DNA of 63,052 nt, filler included, from an uncultured bacterium (GCA_964429075.1; 7 parts of 7 records of this genome joined end to end with filler, not necessarily neighbours in it); one strand, 5' to 3'; shown: positions 50,814-61,410, counted from the whole stretch's first letter. Made by a program: numbers and translations. Notes: a model not told the origin generated them from the sequence alone.

Positions 50814-51772
50814 AGGTACTGAAAACAGAACAAAAAATTGAGAATGAGCCATATAAAATCAAAAAGCTTGATGGACTCAGGATGTTTCTCTCGGGTTTTA
50901 ATGAGATACATCATATTGGGAAGAATATTATCGATCATATTGTAATTGCTTTGGAGAGGGGGACAACAAACGAAAATTACTTTAAACATAAACTTTCTAC
51001 CTATAAGGGTGAGAAAAAGGCCTGTGTTTTTTTTCATGGTTATATGCAGACCGGGGCATCCTTCGAAAGGATAGAGTCTTTGCTTTCATCTCTTCCGATA
51101 GACTTTTTTTGCTTTAGCTCTGAATATAGACCCTATTCACAATTTATTGAAAAATCAGCAGAGCAGGCAATAAAGACCATAGAATTTGTTTTGCAAAATA
51201 CCGATATTGAGGAGCTCTATCTCATTGGACACAGTCAGGGTGGTCTTATCATCAGGACAATCATACAGAAGCTGGGATACTTTCAAGGGGTAAAGAGGTG
51301 TATTTTTCTTGCAACACCCCATATGGGGACCTATGCAGCAGTCCTTGGTTATCTTCATTACGGTTTAACAAGATTTGTTAATTTTTATCCCCTTCTTCCA
51401 AAGATTGAAGGAGAAAGTGCAATACAGATGTTGCCCGGCAGTACATTCCTTAAGGATCTAAACAGACGCCCACTTCCTGTAAATATTCACTATATCTCAG
51501 TATACTCATACCTTGACCCTGTTGTTTGGCCACCAAAATTTGCAAGGATGCCTTATACAGAGGCACAGAACATACTCTTGATGAAGATAGGACACCTTCA
51601 TCATCTATATAGCTTTCAGACCCTTGAGATCATACTAAACAGTCTACTCATTCAATGGAAGGAGATAAAGAAGACAGATGGTATGTTGCTTGTGGGTGAT
51701 AAATTATTATTTAGAAGACAGCTCCGATCAAAAGATCAACACTACAGTGAGATGATAACATATGCAGACTAA
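50804..51772 (+). CDS. Alpha/beta hydrolase, lipase/esterase family
   Basis: FFHGY, nucleophile elbow GHSQGG, ATPHMGT, DPVV, GHL; GTG at 50804 with GAGGA upstream. Confidence 0.85.
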   Translation: MSLKVLKTEQKIENEPYKIKKLDGLRMFLSGFNEIHHIGKNIIDHIVIALERGTTNENYFKHKLSTYKGEKKACVFFHGYMQTGASFERIESLLSSLPIDFFCFSSEYRPYSQFIEKSAEQAIKTIEFVLQNTDIEELYLIGHSQGGLIIRTIIQKLGYFQGVKRCIFLATPHMGTYAAVLGYLHYGLTRFVNFYPLLPKIEGESAIQMLPGSTFLKDLNRRPLPVNIHYISVYSYLDPVVWPPKFARMPYTEAQNILLMKIGHLHHLYSFQTLEIILNSLLIQWKEIKKTDGMLLVGDKLLFRRQLRSKDQHYSEMITYAD

Positions 51773-51775
51773 ATT

Positions 51776-52597
51776 ATGGCTGATTTTAACATCCATATGA
51801 TGACACCAGAATTGCTGTCTCACAGGGACCTGGCAACACCTGTACCAATCTGGTCGTTCAGATTTGGTTGTGTCTTCCCGGATATACCCTATTTTGCGCA
51901 TTTTACAAAAAAACTTATAAAACATCTATTAAAGAAGGATGTACTGGGTGCAAACCGATGGGGTGGGATATTCCATCAGGAGGGAATCCTTCAGATGGTA
52001 AATTCATATATAGATTCTGTTGAAGCAAAAAGGATGGAGCGTTCAGAGATTTTTGAGAGTTTTTTAAAGGGTCTCATAATGCACAATTACATTGATACCC
52101 ATACCCATCCATTAATAACTGAAATGGCTAAGGAATTATCTTTTAGAGATTCGGTGAGCAGGGAGTATGCACATCTTTATATAGAAAAGGTGCAATTTTT
52201 ATCGCTTCAAAAACAGCTTTATGGCAGTACAGGTTTTGGTAAGATCCATTTCTTGAAAAATAGAAATATATTGCCATCACCGTTTAGAGCATTCAGTCTG
52301 GCAGAGCTTATCGGGTATATTGATATAACAATAAAAGATTCATACTCAGAGAGTCCAGGAAAGATAAAACTGTTATACTGGCTGTTCAGTACCTATTACT
52401 ACAGCATAGTTATGTCAACACCGCCGGCAAGGATAGAGGCAAATTTTAGACAATCGGATGGCCCCATTTATTATAACGAAGATTTTAGAGATAGACTTAA
52501 CAAAGCGATTCTTGAGGGATTTGATGCCACAATTTTTTTCTCAAATATAATCAGAGATAGACTTAAAGATAGATTTATACCACAAAAACTCGATTGA
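51776..52597 (+). CDS. Zinc-dependent phospholipase C family protein
   Basis: N-terminal His, GCVFPDIPYF, GLIMHNYIDTHTHP, HLYIE. Confidence 0.78.
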   Translation: MADFNIHMMTPELLSHRDLATPVPIWSFRFGCVFPDIPYFAHFTKKLIKHLLKKDVLGANRWGGIFHQEGILQMVNSYIDSVEAKRMERSEIFESFLKGLIMHNYIDTHTHPLITEMAKELSFRDSVSREYAHLYIEKVQFLSLQKQLYGSTGFGKIHFLKNRNILPSPFRAFSLAELIGYIDITIKDSYSESPGKIKLLYWLFSTYYYSIVMSTPPARIEANFRQSDGPIYYNEDFRDRLNKAILEGFDATIFFSNIIRDRLKDRFIPQKLD

Positions 52598-52605
52598 GGC
52601 AGACC

Positions 52606-53583
52606 ATGAAAGCAGCAATAATAGAATCAAAAAGAAGATTAAACATTGTTGATATAAAAAAACCTAAGGTAAAAGAAGACGAAGTGCTGCTCAGGGTGCT
52701 TTCCTGTGGTGTATGTCATACAGACCTTCATATCTATAGAAAAGAGATTGCAGCAAGACTTCCTGTAATACCAGGCCATCAGATTGTTGGAAGGGTTGTT
52801 GATGCAGGTAGTAATGTTGATTTGAAAATAGATACTCTGGTCGGCGTAGGCTGGTTGGCAAAGACATGCGGAAAATGTAAATACTGTAAAGAGGGTAGGG
52901 AGAATCTATGTCCACATGCTACTTTTAATGGTAAGGATGTAAGTGGTGGATATGCTGAATTTTTTTTGGCACATAAGGATTTTGTGTTTGTGCTTCCAAA
53001 AGGTTCTGATCCCCTTCATCTATCGCCACTTCTGTGTGGGGGTATTATTGGATACCGGGCATTTGTACTTTTGGGGTTAAAGAGGCCTTCTAATGTGGGT
53101 CTTTTTGGTTTTGGATCAAGTGCTCATCAGATAATACATGTTTTGCAGCACTATGGACACCGCGTATTTGTTTTTACAAGGAACAAAGAACGGCAGAGAC
53201 TTGCAGTTGAACTTGGTGCCTGTTGGGCAGGTACACCCTACGATAAACCGGATATCCTTCTTGAGGGATCGATTGTATTTGCCCCATCTGGGGATATTAT
53301 TAAGCGTGCCTTAGATCTGACAGCACCAGGAGGCAGGGTTGTTGTAAATGCAATTTATGCAACAGATATTGAAAAGCTGAGTTACCAGGCTATATATTAC
53401 GAGAAAGAATTAACGACAGTGGCAAATTATACAAGAGAGGATGCAAAAGAGTTTATAGAATTATCGCAGAAAATAGGTATTGAGACAAAAATAACTGTCT
53501 ATAGATTACAGGATGCAGAAAATGCACTTTTAGACCTTGAAGCAGGAAAGATTGTTGGTTCTGCCGTTATAGATTTGAGATGA
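52606..53583 (+). CDS. Zinc-dependent alcohol dehydrogenase family protein
   Basis: CGVCHTDLH, PGHQIVG, CGKCKYC-x7-C, PLLCGGIIGYR, GFGSSAH. Confidence 0.92.
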   Translation: MKAAIIESKRRLNIVDIKKPKVKEDEVLLRVLSCGVCHTDLHIYRKEIAARLPVIPGHQIVGRVVDAGSNVDLKIDTLVGVGWLAKTCGKCKYCKEGRENLCPHATFNGKDVSGGYAEFFLAHKDFVFVLPKGSDPLHLSPLLCGGIIGYRAFVLLGLKRPSNVGLFGFGSSAHQIIHVLQHYGHRVFVFTRNKERQRLAVELGACWAGTPYDKPDILLEGSIVFAPSGDIIKRALDLTAPGGRVVVNAIYATDIEKLSYQAIYYEKELTTVANYTREDAKEFIELSQKIGIETKITVYRLQDAENALLDLEAGKIVGSAVIDLR

Positions 53584-54209
53584 GACCAGAAGAGGTACTA
53601 AAAGAGATATCGAGATTGTCAGGCAGTACAATGCTTGAAAAGATCGGGAGAGGTGATCCATATAGGGTTCTTATCGCAGCCGTTTTGAGTACAAGAACTA
53701 AAGATGAAATTACTGAAAAGGTCGTTGACAATCTCTTTAAAATTGCGCCAGACCCAGAGAGTTTATCTAAACTTCAGCAAGAAGAACTTGAAAGACTACT
53801 TGTCCCTATTGGTTTTTACAGAAACAAGGCAAGGATTCTTTTGAAGCTTGCAAAGAGATTGATAGAAACGGGTGGAAAAGTCCCTGATAATATAAGAGAG
53901 CTATTGGAACTTCCCGGTGTGGGGAGAAAGGTTGCAGGCTGTGTTGTTGTTTATGCCTATGGTGGTGATGAACTACCTGTAGATACACATGTCCATAGAA
54001 TTTCCAACAGGATAGGCTGGGTTAATACAAAAACTCCAGAAGAGACTGAAGCGTCACTAAAAAAGATATTACCCAAAAGACTCTGGAAAAGGACAAATGG
54101 TCTGCTTGTATGGTTCGGGAAAAATATATGTAAACCTGTTGGTCCAAGATGTGAAGTATGTACAATAAGATCGGCCTGTAAATATTACATTTCTACTTAT
54201 AGAAGATAA
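53580..54209 (+). CDS. nth: Endonuclease III (HhH-GPD glycosylase with 4Fe-4S cluster)
   Basis: LPGVGRKVA, PVDTHVHRI, CKPVGPRCEVCTIRSAC. Confidence 0.95.
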   Translation: MRPEEVLKEISRLSGSTMLEKIGRGDPYRVLIAAVLSTRTKDEITEKVVDNLFKIAPDPESLSKLQQEELERLLVPIGFYRNKARILLKLAKRLIETGGKVPDNIRELLELPGVGRKVAGCVVVYAYGGDELPVDTHVHRISNRIGWVNTKTPEETEASLKKILPKRLWKRTNGLLVWFGKNICKPVGPRCEVCTIRSACKYYISTYRR

Positions 54210-54286
54210 GAGTGCGATATCTATGAAACTCTTAAGAATAAGATAAGAAATATATAAGAAGTTAATAAATTCGTTAGCTTGTGAAG

Positions 54287-54386
54287 NNNNNNNNNNNNNN
54301 NNNNNNNNNNNNNNNNNNNNNNNNNNNNNNTTAATTAATTAANNNNNNNNNNNNNNNNNNNNNNNNNNNNNNNNNNNNNNNNNNNN
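54287..54386. other. Artificial contig linker
   Basis: 44 N + TTAATTAATTAA + 44 N. Confidence 0.97.
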
Positions 54387-54590
54387 GAGTACTCAGGTAT
54401 TTTAGAGGTTGTTAATCGATATTTTAAAGATTCAAACTCATCAACTATCCTAACTGAGATGGTTGCATTTTATTTGAGAAAAGATCATGATCTTATGAGA
54501 ATTATTATGGATGCACTGAAGGGATTAAATGCCAATTGTAATGTGAATCTTTGTATGATTAATATGCTCTTTGATCTTGTAGGGGGATAG
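54387..54590 (+). CDS. holB: C-terminal fragment of a gene, probably DNA polymerase III delta-prime
   Basis: Open frame from the contig start ending ...ALKGLNANCNVNLCMINMLFDLVGG-stop; fits the common holB-ricT-metG-tatD order. Not in the supplied ORF track. Confidence 0.55.
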   Translation, partial: EYSGILEVVNRYFKDSNSSTILTEMVAFYLRKDHDLMRIIMDALKGLNANCNVNLCMINMLFDLVGG

Positions 54591-54594
54591 GGAC

Positions 54595-55488
54595 TTGAAG
54601 CAGATAAAGGATAACAAAGACCAGTTGGCAACCAGCTCGTTGAATGAAAGAGAGAGAAAAAAACCACGCATGGTTGGAGTACGGGTAGACTTTACAGGAA
54701 AGACCGATCATTTTTTTTGTGGTAGACGATGTCATTATCGCGTGGGTGATAGGGTTATAGTGGGAACAAGTGGAGGTTTTGAGATTGGTGATGTATCTTA
54801 CAATCCAATACCTATAAAAGACCCGAATAAAAAGTACCCACCTGTCATCAGAAAGACTACAGAGGAAGATCTAAGAAGAGATAAAAAAAATCAAAAACTT
54901 GCATTGATGGCTCACAACTTCTGCAGAGAGCAGATCAAACGGCTTGGACTTGATATGAAATTACTGAAGACTGTCTACAGTTATAGTGGTAAAAAGGCAA
55001 TATTTTACTTTACAGCAGCACAACGAGTAGATTTTAGAGAACTTGTAAAGGTGCTTGTTGAGAAACTTGGAATAAGAATTGAACTCAGACACATTGGAGC
55101 AAGAGATGCAGCCAAACTAATTGGCGGGCTTGGTCCATGTGGCAGGATGATTTGCTGTTTTTCCTTTATGGAAAGTTTTCAGCCTATCAGTCTTAATCTT
55201 GCAAAGGTACAGAATCTTGTTATTAACACACAAAAGCTAACCGGTATATGTGGAAACCTGAAATGCTGTCTTGCTCACGAATATGAGACCTATCAAGAAC
55301 TTTCAAAAGGTATGCCACAGAAGGGTCAGAGGGTAAGAACTCCATCTGGAGAGGGAGTAATAACGGCTGTGGACGTACTTAAGGGTGTTATATTTGTTAC
55401 CATTGATGAAGCAGTGCATGAATTCAAAAAGGAAGATGTGATAGTATTGGAAGATACAGAGGGGGACAATAACGCACAGAAGGAGTAA
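54595..55488 (+). CDS. ricT: PSP1 / RicT (YaaT) family protein
   Basis: FYFTAAQRVDFRELV, RIELRHIGARD, GPCGRMICC, KLTGICGNLKCCLAHE. Confidence 0.92.
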   Translation: MKQIKDNKDQLATSSLNERERKKPRMVGVRVDFTGKTDHFFCGRRCHYRVGDRVIVGTSGGFEIGDVSYNPIPIKDPNKKYPPVIRKTTEEDLRRDKKNQKLALMAHNFCREQIKRLGLDMKLLKTVYSYSGKKAIFYFTAAQRVDFRELVKVLVEKLGIRIELRHIGARDAAKLIGGLGPCGRMICCFSFMESFQPISLNLAKVQNLVINTQKLTGICGNLKCCLAHEYETYQELSKGMPQKGQRVRTPSGEGVITAVDVLKGVIFVTIDEAVHEFKKEDVIVLEDTEGDNNAQKE

Positions 55489-55491
55489 AGC

Positions 55492-57420
55492 ATGGATGAA
55501 AAATATTTCTATGTGAGTACCCCAATCTATTATGTAAATGACAGACCCCATATTGGTCATGCCTATACTACAATTGCAGGAGATGTGATCGCAAGATTTT
55601 ACAGACAGCTTGGTTACAGGGTCATGTACCTGACTGGTACAGATGAGCATGGTCAGAAGATAGAAAAGGCTGCAATGCAAAGGGGTATAAGCCCCAAGGC
55701 ACTTGCAGATTCAATGGTACCCAAGTACAAACAGTTATGGGAAAAACTCAACATCTCGTATGACAATTTTATAAGGACAACCGATCCAGAACATGAAAAG
55801 ATGGTTCAGGAATTCTGGATGATTCTTAAAAATAAAGGTGACATATATCTTGGTGAATATGAAGGCTGGTACTGTACCGGGTGTGAGGCCTACTATACAA
55901 AAACCCAGCTGCCTGATGATAAACATTGCCCTATTCATAAAAGGCCCTTAGAGAAAATAAAAGAAAAGAGCTATTTTTTCAGTATGAGTAAATATCAACA
56001 GGCGTTAATTGAGCATATTGAAAAGAATCCTGATTTTGTTATGCCTGAGACAAGGAGGAATGAAGTACTTAGTTTTTTAAAAAAAGAAAGACTACAAGAT
56101 CTCAGTATAAGCAGGACATCCTTTTCGTGGGGTGTAAAGGTGCCTGATGATTCAGAACATATAGTATATGTTTGGTTTGACGCACTTTTAAACTACATCA
56201 GCGGCATTGGTGGGCTCGATCAGGATGGGAGGGTCAAAAGCCCCTTCTGGCCATGTGATTGTCATCTAATAGGCAAGGATATCTTGAGATTTCATGCAGT
56301 ATACTGGCCTATTATGCTTATGGCAGCTGGCATTCCACTACCAAAGACTATTTTTGGTCATGGGTGGTGGACAGTGGAAGGTCAGAAGATGAGCAAGTCG
56401 TTGAGAAATGTAGTAGACCCAAACCTTTTGATAGAACTTTATGGAAGGGATGCAGTAAGGTATTTTGTCTTAAGGGAAGTGCCCTTTGGGCTTGATGGGG
56501 ATTTCTCACACGATGCACTTATTGGCAGATACAATGCAGAGCTGGCCAACGATATCGGGAATCTTTTGTCGAGATTCTGCTCAATGGCAACAAAATATCT
56601 GAACGCAACTTTAATGCCCATTTATGAAGAGGTAGAAAAAGACATTGAGACAGCCATAAAAGAGACAGTTGAATCCTTTCAGAATCATATGAAGAGATAC
56701 GCATTCTCTATGGCACTGGGTGAGGTAATCAATCTGGCAGGGAAATTGAATAAGTTCATTGACCAAACAGAACCATGGAGATTGAATAAAGAGGGAAGAA
56801 TAGAAGATATAAAAAGAGTATTGACTAGTATCTGGTATGGGATAAGGGCACTTTCATACCTTTTATGGAGTTTTATGCCTGAAAAGTCCATTCGGATGCT
56901 AAAACAACTTGGGCTTAATATAACTGACAATCCTCAGTTTAAAGATCTGAAGACCTCTTTTGATAAGGAGGTAAAGATACTTGCTCCTGAATCAATATTC
57001 CCGAGAATTGATGAAAAAAAGAGAACCAAGATAGAATCTCTGGTTAAAAGCAAGATGGATTCTCCACAGACTGAATCAGAAAAAGATGATTTGATTGATA
57101 TAAATGAATTTGCAAAAGTAAGGCTTGTTGCTGGTAGAGTAATAAGGTGTGAAGATGTTAAAAAGTCAAAAAGATTATTGCTACTTGAGGTGGACATTGG
57201 AGAAAACAGACCACGGCAGATTGTATCCGGTATAAAAGAATTCTACAGACCTGATGAACTTGTTGGAAAAATGATCATACTCGTTGCCAACCTGAAACCA
57301 GCAAAGATAATGGGAATAGAATCCAGGGGAATGTTGCTTGCTGCAAAGGATAGTGATACAGGAAGGGTTGAGGTAGTATTTTTGAATGATAACATTAAAC
57401 CTGGATCTTTTGTCTCATAA
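55492..57420 (+). CDS. metG: Methionine--tRNA ligase with C-terminal tRNA-binding domain
   Basis: HIGH, GTDEHGQK, YVWFDAL, KMSKS, ANLKPAKIMGIESRGM. Confidence 0.98.
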   Translation: MDEKYFYVSTPIYYVNDRPHIGHAYTTIAGDVIARFYRQLGYRVMYLTGTDEHGQKIEKAAMQRGISPKALADSMVPKYKQLWEKLNISYDNFIRTTDPEHEKMVQEFWMILKNKGDIYLGEYEGWYCTGCEAYYTKTQLPDDKHCPIHKRPLEKIKEKSYFFSMSKYQQALIEHIEKNPDFVMPETRRNEVLSFLKKERLQDLSISRTSFSWGVKVPDDSEHIVYVWFDALLNYISGIGGLDQDGRVKSPFWPCDCHLIGKDILRFHAVYWPIMLMAAGIPLPKTIFGHGWWTVEGQKMSKSLRNVVDPNLLIELYGRDAVRYFVLREVPFGLDGDFSHDALIGRYNAELANDIGNLLSRFCSMATKYLNATLMPIYEEVEKDIETAIKETVESFQNHMKRYAFSMALGEVINLAGKLNKFIDQTEPWRLNKEGRIEDIKRVLTSIWYGIRALSYLLWSFMPEKSIRMLKQLGLNITDNPQFKDLKTSFDKEVKILAPESIFPRIDEKKRTKIESLVKSKMDSPQTESEKDDLIDINEFAKVRLVAGRVIRCEDVKKSKRLLLLEVDIGENRPRQIVSGIKEFYRPDELVGKMIILVANLKPAKIMGIESRGMLLAAKDSDTGRVEVVFLNDNIKPGSFVS

Positions 57421-57424
57421 TCAT

Positions 57425-58804
57425 ATGATTGGTGCAGTAGACTCACATGCCCATCTATGTGATTTTTTTGATTCAGAAGAGATAGAGCAGATTTTAAATA
57501 GGGCACTTAAGGTCGGTGTGGTTTGTGTCATTGATATACTATCTGCAGTAAAATTCAGACCACCATCTTATAATATTCCAGAAGGTATGGATATCTACTA
57601 TGCAGTAGGTGTACACCCACACGATGCAGCCTCTTCACCCTCTACTGAGGTCATAGAGAGATACATAAAAGATCTTGGACAAAAGGTGATAGCAATTGGT
57701 GAAATTGGTCTTGATTATCACTATATGAACAGTCCTTCTGAAGTTCAAAAAAGGGTTTTTGTGGATCAACTAAGGCTTGCAAAAAGGCTCAGATTGCCTG
57801 TAATTGTTCATTCACGAGATGCCCTTGAGGATACTGCGTCAATTCTTAAGGATTATAAAGAAAGCAGGGTACTTCTTCACTGTTACAGCTATGGTATAAA
57901 AGGTCTATCATTTTTTAACAGCGAAAATATTTATTACTCTTTCTCAGGAATTGTCACATTTAAAAATGTAAAAGATCATAGACTTGCATTAAAAAAGGTC
58001 CAAGAGAACAGGATACTTGTTGAGACCGATTCACCCTTTCTTGCACCACAACCAAAAAGAGGCAAAAGAAATGAACCGGCATATGTAGTCCATACTATAA
58101 AAAAAATAGCTGATGAGCTTGGTTTGAGTGTTGTAGATGTTGCACGAATCACAAGAAAAAATGCCTTTAAATTCTTTAATATCCAGACAAAAGATAGTGT
58201 AGAGATTGTTTATCCGATAAGAAACTCATTATATATAAATCTTACAAATAGCTGTACACTGGCATGCAGATTTTGTGGGAAGAGGAGAGATTACACTGTA
58301 AAAGGACATTTTCTTAAGCTATTAGATGATCCTTCTGTTTACGAGATAAGACAGGAGCTGTTAAAAAAGAATTTTAGATCTTATGATGAGGTTGTATTTT
58401 GTGGTTATGGTGAACCAACAAAGAGGCTGAAGGAATTGATAGAGATAGCAAGATGGATAAAGGAGCAGGCACCGGATATAATTATCAGGTTAAACACCGA
58501 TGGTCTTGCAAATCTTATCTATGGTAGAGATGTCACAGAGGATTTATCAAAGTTTGTAGATGTTGTAAGTGTGAGTCTAAATGCATCAGATGCAAAAACC
58601 TATGCAAAAATATGCCCGTCTAAGTATGGTGAATCTGCATTTGACCATGTATGTGAATTCATATTAAAGTCAAAAAGGAGGTTTAAAGAGGTCATTGCCA
58701 CAGCAGTAGGCCTGCCTGACCTTGACATAGATGCAATAAGGAGATTTGCAGAGGAGAGACTGGGAGTGAAATTTAGATTAAGGAGATACAATGAGCTTGG
58801 ATAG
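57425..58804 (+). CDS. tatD: TatD nuclease fused to TatD-associated radical SAM domain
   Basis: DSHAH, GEIGLDY, HSRDA, HCYS, ETDSP, then LYINLTNSCTLACRFC, VFCGYGEP, RLNTDG. Confidence 0.92.
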   Translation: MIGAVDSHAHLCDFFDSEEIEQILNRALKVGVVCVIDILSAVKFRPPSYNIPEGMDIYYAVGVHPHDAASSPSTEVIERYIKDLGQKVIAIGEIGLDYHYMNSPSEVQKRVFVDQLRLAKRLRLPVIVHSRDALEDTASILKDYKESRVLLHCYSYGIKGLSFFNSENIYYSFSGIVTFKNVKDHRLALKKVQENRILVETDSPFLAPQPKRGKRNEPAYVVHTIKKIADELGLSVVDVARITRKNAFKFFNIQTKDSVEIVYPIRNSLYINLTNSCTLACRFCGKRRDYTVKGHFLKLLDDPSVYEIRQELLKKNFRSYDEVVFCGYGEPTKRLKELIEIARWIKEQAPDIIIRLNTDGLANLIYGRDVTEDLSKFVDVVSVSLNASDAKTYAKICPSKYGESAFDHVCEFILKSKRRFKEVIATAVGLPDLDIDAIRRFAEERLGVKFRLRRYNELG

Positions 58805-59405
58805 AGATAACAACAGGATACCTGCAACAGGTCTTCTCCTTGCCGGTGGAAATTCAAAAAGGATGGGTTACGATAAGAGGTTTATCTCTATTGGAGATGA
58901 GACCCTTTTTGATAGGGCACTCAGGGTCCTTAAGGAGAACTTCAAAAATGTCTATGTTTCAATATCGAGGAAGGATGACCAGCTTTTTGATGAGATTGAG
59001 GAAATATGCATTTTAGATCATCCTTTTGCAAAAGGCCCGATGGCAGGTATCATGGCCGGGCTCAAGGCATCTACATACGATAGTGTATTTGTGCTGGCTG
59101 TTGATATGCCCTTTGTGGATAGTGCTCTGATTAGATACATAATGGGTTTTTCAGATTCATCTCATGCAGTTATCCCTTTTGTAAACAACAGGATAGAGCC
59201 ACTCTGTGGTGTCTACAAAAAGGAATTGCTGGATAGAATAACAATCTGGGCAAGAAACAGGAACTTTTCATTAAATGATTTTTTAAGAGCCTGTACCGAT
59301 CTTAAGATAAGGTTTCTAAAAGAGGATGAGCTTGAGATTTCTGGTTTTTCTAATAAGGTCTTCAAAAGCATAAACAGGCCAGAAGATCTTGCTGCAATTA
59401 AATGA
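58791..59405 (+). CDS. mobA: Molybdenum cofactor guanylyltransferase
   Basis: LAGGNSKRMGYDK, GPMAGI, AVDMPF, EPLCGVY, INRPED. Confidence 0.92.
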   Translation: MSLDRDNNRIPATGLLLAGGNSKRMGYDKRFISIGDETLFDRALRVLKENFKNVYVSISRKDDQLFDEIEEICILDHPFAKGPMAGIMAGLKASTYDSVFVLAVDMPFVDSALIRYIMGFSDSSHAVIPFVNNRIEPLCGVYKKELLDRITIWARNRNFSLNDFLRACTDLKIRFLKEDELEISGFSNKVFKSINRPEDLAAIK

Positions 59406-59406
59406 T

Positions 59407-60195
59407 TCATTTATTTCTTTTCGATATATCTTCGAGCGCCTTTTGTGCAGCAATCATTGTTGCTCTATCCCTAAAGGCAGATTTTAAATAAAATAGAATT
59501 GATCTTGAATCCTTCCCTCCGAGTTTTCGCATCATCTCTATAGCAGACAATCTGTATGGTCTTGGTCTCAATTCAATGACCTGCCATGCTTTATCTATGC
59601 ACTCTTTTATATTGTACTTAATGCAAAGTCGCATAGCCTTTGTTGAGAGGTCTATAACAGGTGATGCTACAAGGTCTGATAATGTTGTACTACATGAAAT
59701 CCGATTAAAATTTTTTAGATTATCAATGAGATATATTTGATCTTCAAGTATGGAGTCGCTTTGTAGAAGCCTACATATCGAGCTTTCACCATCAACAATA
59801 GCATCTTTTACTCTTTTTGCCCTCAAAAGTAGTGCTTTCAGGTTGGTGTCTAAAATTGGTTGACCTGGAATCTTTGTTATAGAAAAGGTATTGGAATTAA
59901 GTCTGACCTGATCAATGGAACTGAGGATTATCTTGATTAATCTCCCTTTAAGTGCCCTGTCTCTTTGATCAAAAAAGGTACCGTTTTCATCTTTAATTTC
60001 AAATCTTACAGAATTTATTTTGCTGTAGCTGTTGAGTATTTCGTTAATGGTCTTTTTTAATTTAGCAGGACCGTTTACAACTGTAATATTTCTTTTTTTA
60101 CTGCATGAAGATCCCGATAAAAAAAAGAGATGAACAATAATAAAGATAATCAGAATATCAGTCTTTAAGAAGCTCAAGCACCTCATTATAGGCAT
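59407..60195 (-). CDS. Hypothetical exported or membrane-anchored protein with C-terminal HEAT-like helices
   Basis: Hydrophobic N-terminal stretch ending SSC; tail SAIEMMRKLGG...AAQKALE; last gene of the minus-strand operon; start uncertain. Confidence 0.55.
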   Translation of the reverse strand: MPIMRCLSFLKTDILIIFIIVHLFFLSGSSCSKKRNITVVNGPAKLKKTINEILNSYSKINSVRFEIKDENGTFFDQRDRALKGRLIKIILSSIDQVRLNSNTFSITKIPGQPILDTNLKALLLRAKRVKDAIVDGESSICRLLQSDSILEDQIYLIDNLKNFNRISCSTTLSDLVASPVIDLSTKAMRLCIKYNIKECIDKAWQVIELRPRPYRLSAIEMMRKLGGKDSRSILFYLKSAFRDRATMIAAQKALEDISKRNK

Positions 60196-60490
60196 CTGGC
60201 CAGCTCTCTTTGAGATGGTTTAAGATTCTATACAGTGTATTTTCAATAGTAAGCAGTTGTTGTCTCATATCGAGAATGATCTCTGCACCTTCCATATTAA
60301 CATCTAGTTCGTCAATCAGGGTTGATAAGAATTTCATCTTATCTATCTCCTCTTCGTAAACAAAATCTTTTCCGCCTTCAGATATGATATCTATCAGCTC
60401 TCTTTTTGCAAACTCTAATATGAGGGTTTTTCTCAGACCTGTTCTTTTTATCACCTCCTCTATGTCAACAATAATGCCTTTTGTAGCCAT
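60158..60490 (-). CDS. cbpM: Chaperone modulator CbpM / MerR-like HTH
   Basis: LIDELDVNMEGAEIILDMRQQ; directly downstream of a class B J-protein. Confidence 0.85.
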   Translation of the reverse strand: MATKGIIVDIEEVIKRTGLRKTLILEFAKRELIDIISEGGKDFVYEEEIDKMKFLSTLIDELDVNMEGAEIILDMRQQLLTIENTLYRILNHLKESWPDAYNEVLELLKD

Positions 60491-60495
60491 TTCAA

Positions 60496-61410
60496 TTACC
60501 TCCTGGGATTTAGTCCCTGTTTCTTTTCGAGCATCTCAATCTTTTTCAACAATTCTCTATCGTCAATTTTTGGCGGATGTATAAGTATGTTAAGATATAG
60601 GTCCCCATCAGGAGGTATCCCCTTTTTTCTTAATCTCAGCTTCTGTCCGCTTTTTACACCAGGTGGGATTTTTACCTCAATGTTATCACCGAGAGGTGAG
60701 GTGAAGGCCAGAGTTGCTCCTTTGATTGATTCTGTAAGTTTGATTGGGAAATCTACATATATATTGTTGCCTTTTCTATAGATGCCCGCCTCCTCTTTGA
60801 CTTTTATCTTAATATACAGGTCGCCTGAACCACCGGGACCCGGTGCACCTTTCCCTCTCAGACGTATGGTCTGACCATCCTTAATGCCTTTTGGTACGCT
60901 AACCTCAATATGCTCTATTTTGCCGGTGCCCCTATCGAGACTTATCAGTTTTTTTGTCCCAGCAAGGGACTCTCTTAGGGTTATTTCCATCTCTGAATGG
61001 AGGTCCTGACCTCGTGGTTTAAACCCGGTGTAAAAACCACCAAATCCCCTCTCTTTTGATGTTGTATGTTTTCTCCTGAAGATGGAATCAAAGATATCAC
61101 CAAAGTCAAAATCTATTCCATCTACCTTGAAATCAAAACCAAAATTACCAGTGTCCCATCCTCCTGTACCCTGTGTGCCATAATTACCCATGCCTGCATG
61201 GCCAAACATGTCGTACTGTTTTCGTTTTTCGTCATCTGAAAGGACCTGATAGGCCTCATTTATCTCTTTGAATTTTTCTTCCATCTTTTTGTCTCCAGGG
61301 TGCAGGTCGGGGTGATATTTCCTTGCGAGTCTTTTATATGCCTGTTTTATCTCCTCTTTTGTTGCATTCCTTGATACACCAAGGATTTCATAGTAATCAC
61401 GCTTTGTCAT
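60496..61410 (-). CDS. cbpA: Class B DnaJ-family protein (CbpA-like)
   Basis: [13 protein letters not shown]-rich region, no zinc finger, two LRxKG C-terminal repeats. Confidence 0.9.
   Translation of the reverse strand: MTKRDYYEILGVSRNATKEEIKQAYKRLARKYHPDLHPGDKKMEEKFKEINEAYQVLSDDEKRKQYDMFGHAGMGNYGTQGTGGWDTGNFGFDFKVDGIDFDFGDIFDSIFRRKHTTSKERGFGGFYTGFKPRGQDLHSEMEITLRESLAGTKKLISLDRGTGKIEHIEVSVPKGIKDGQTIRLRGKGAPGPGGSGDLYIKIKVKEEAGIYRKGNNIYVDFPIKLTESIKGATLAFTSPLGDNIEVKIPPGVKSGQKLRLRKKGIPPDGDLYLNILIHPPKIDDRELLKKIEMLEKKQGLNPRR

Noticed and set aside
9335..54342. TTAATTAATTAA recurring about every 9 kb as a biological periodic repeat
   Set aside because: Always centred in 44 N + 44 N; it is a six-frame-stop linker added during sequence preparation.
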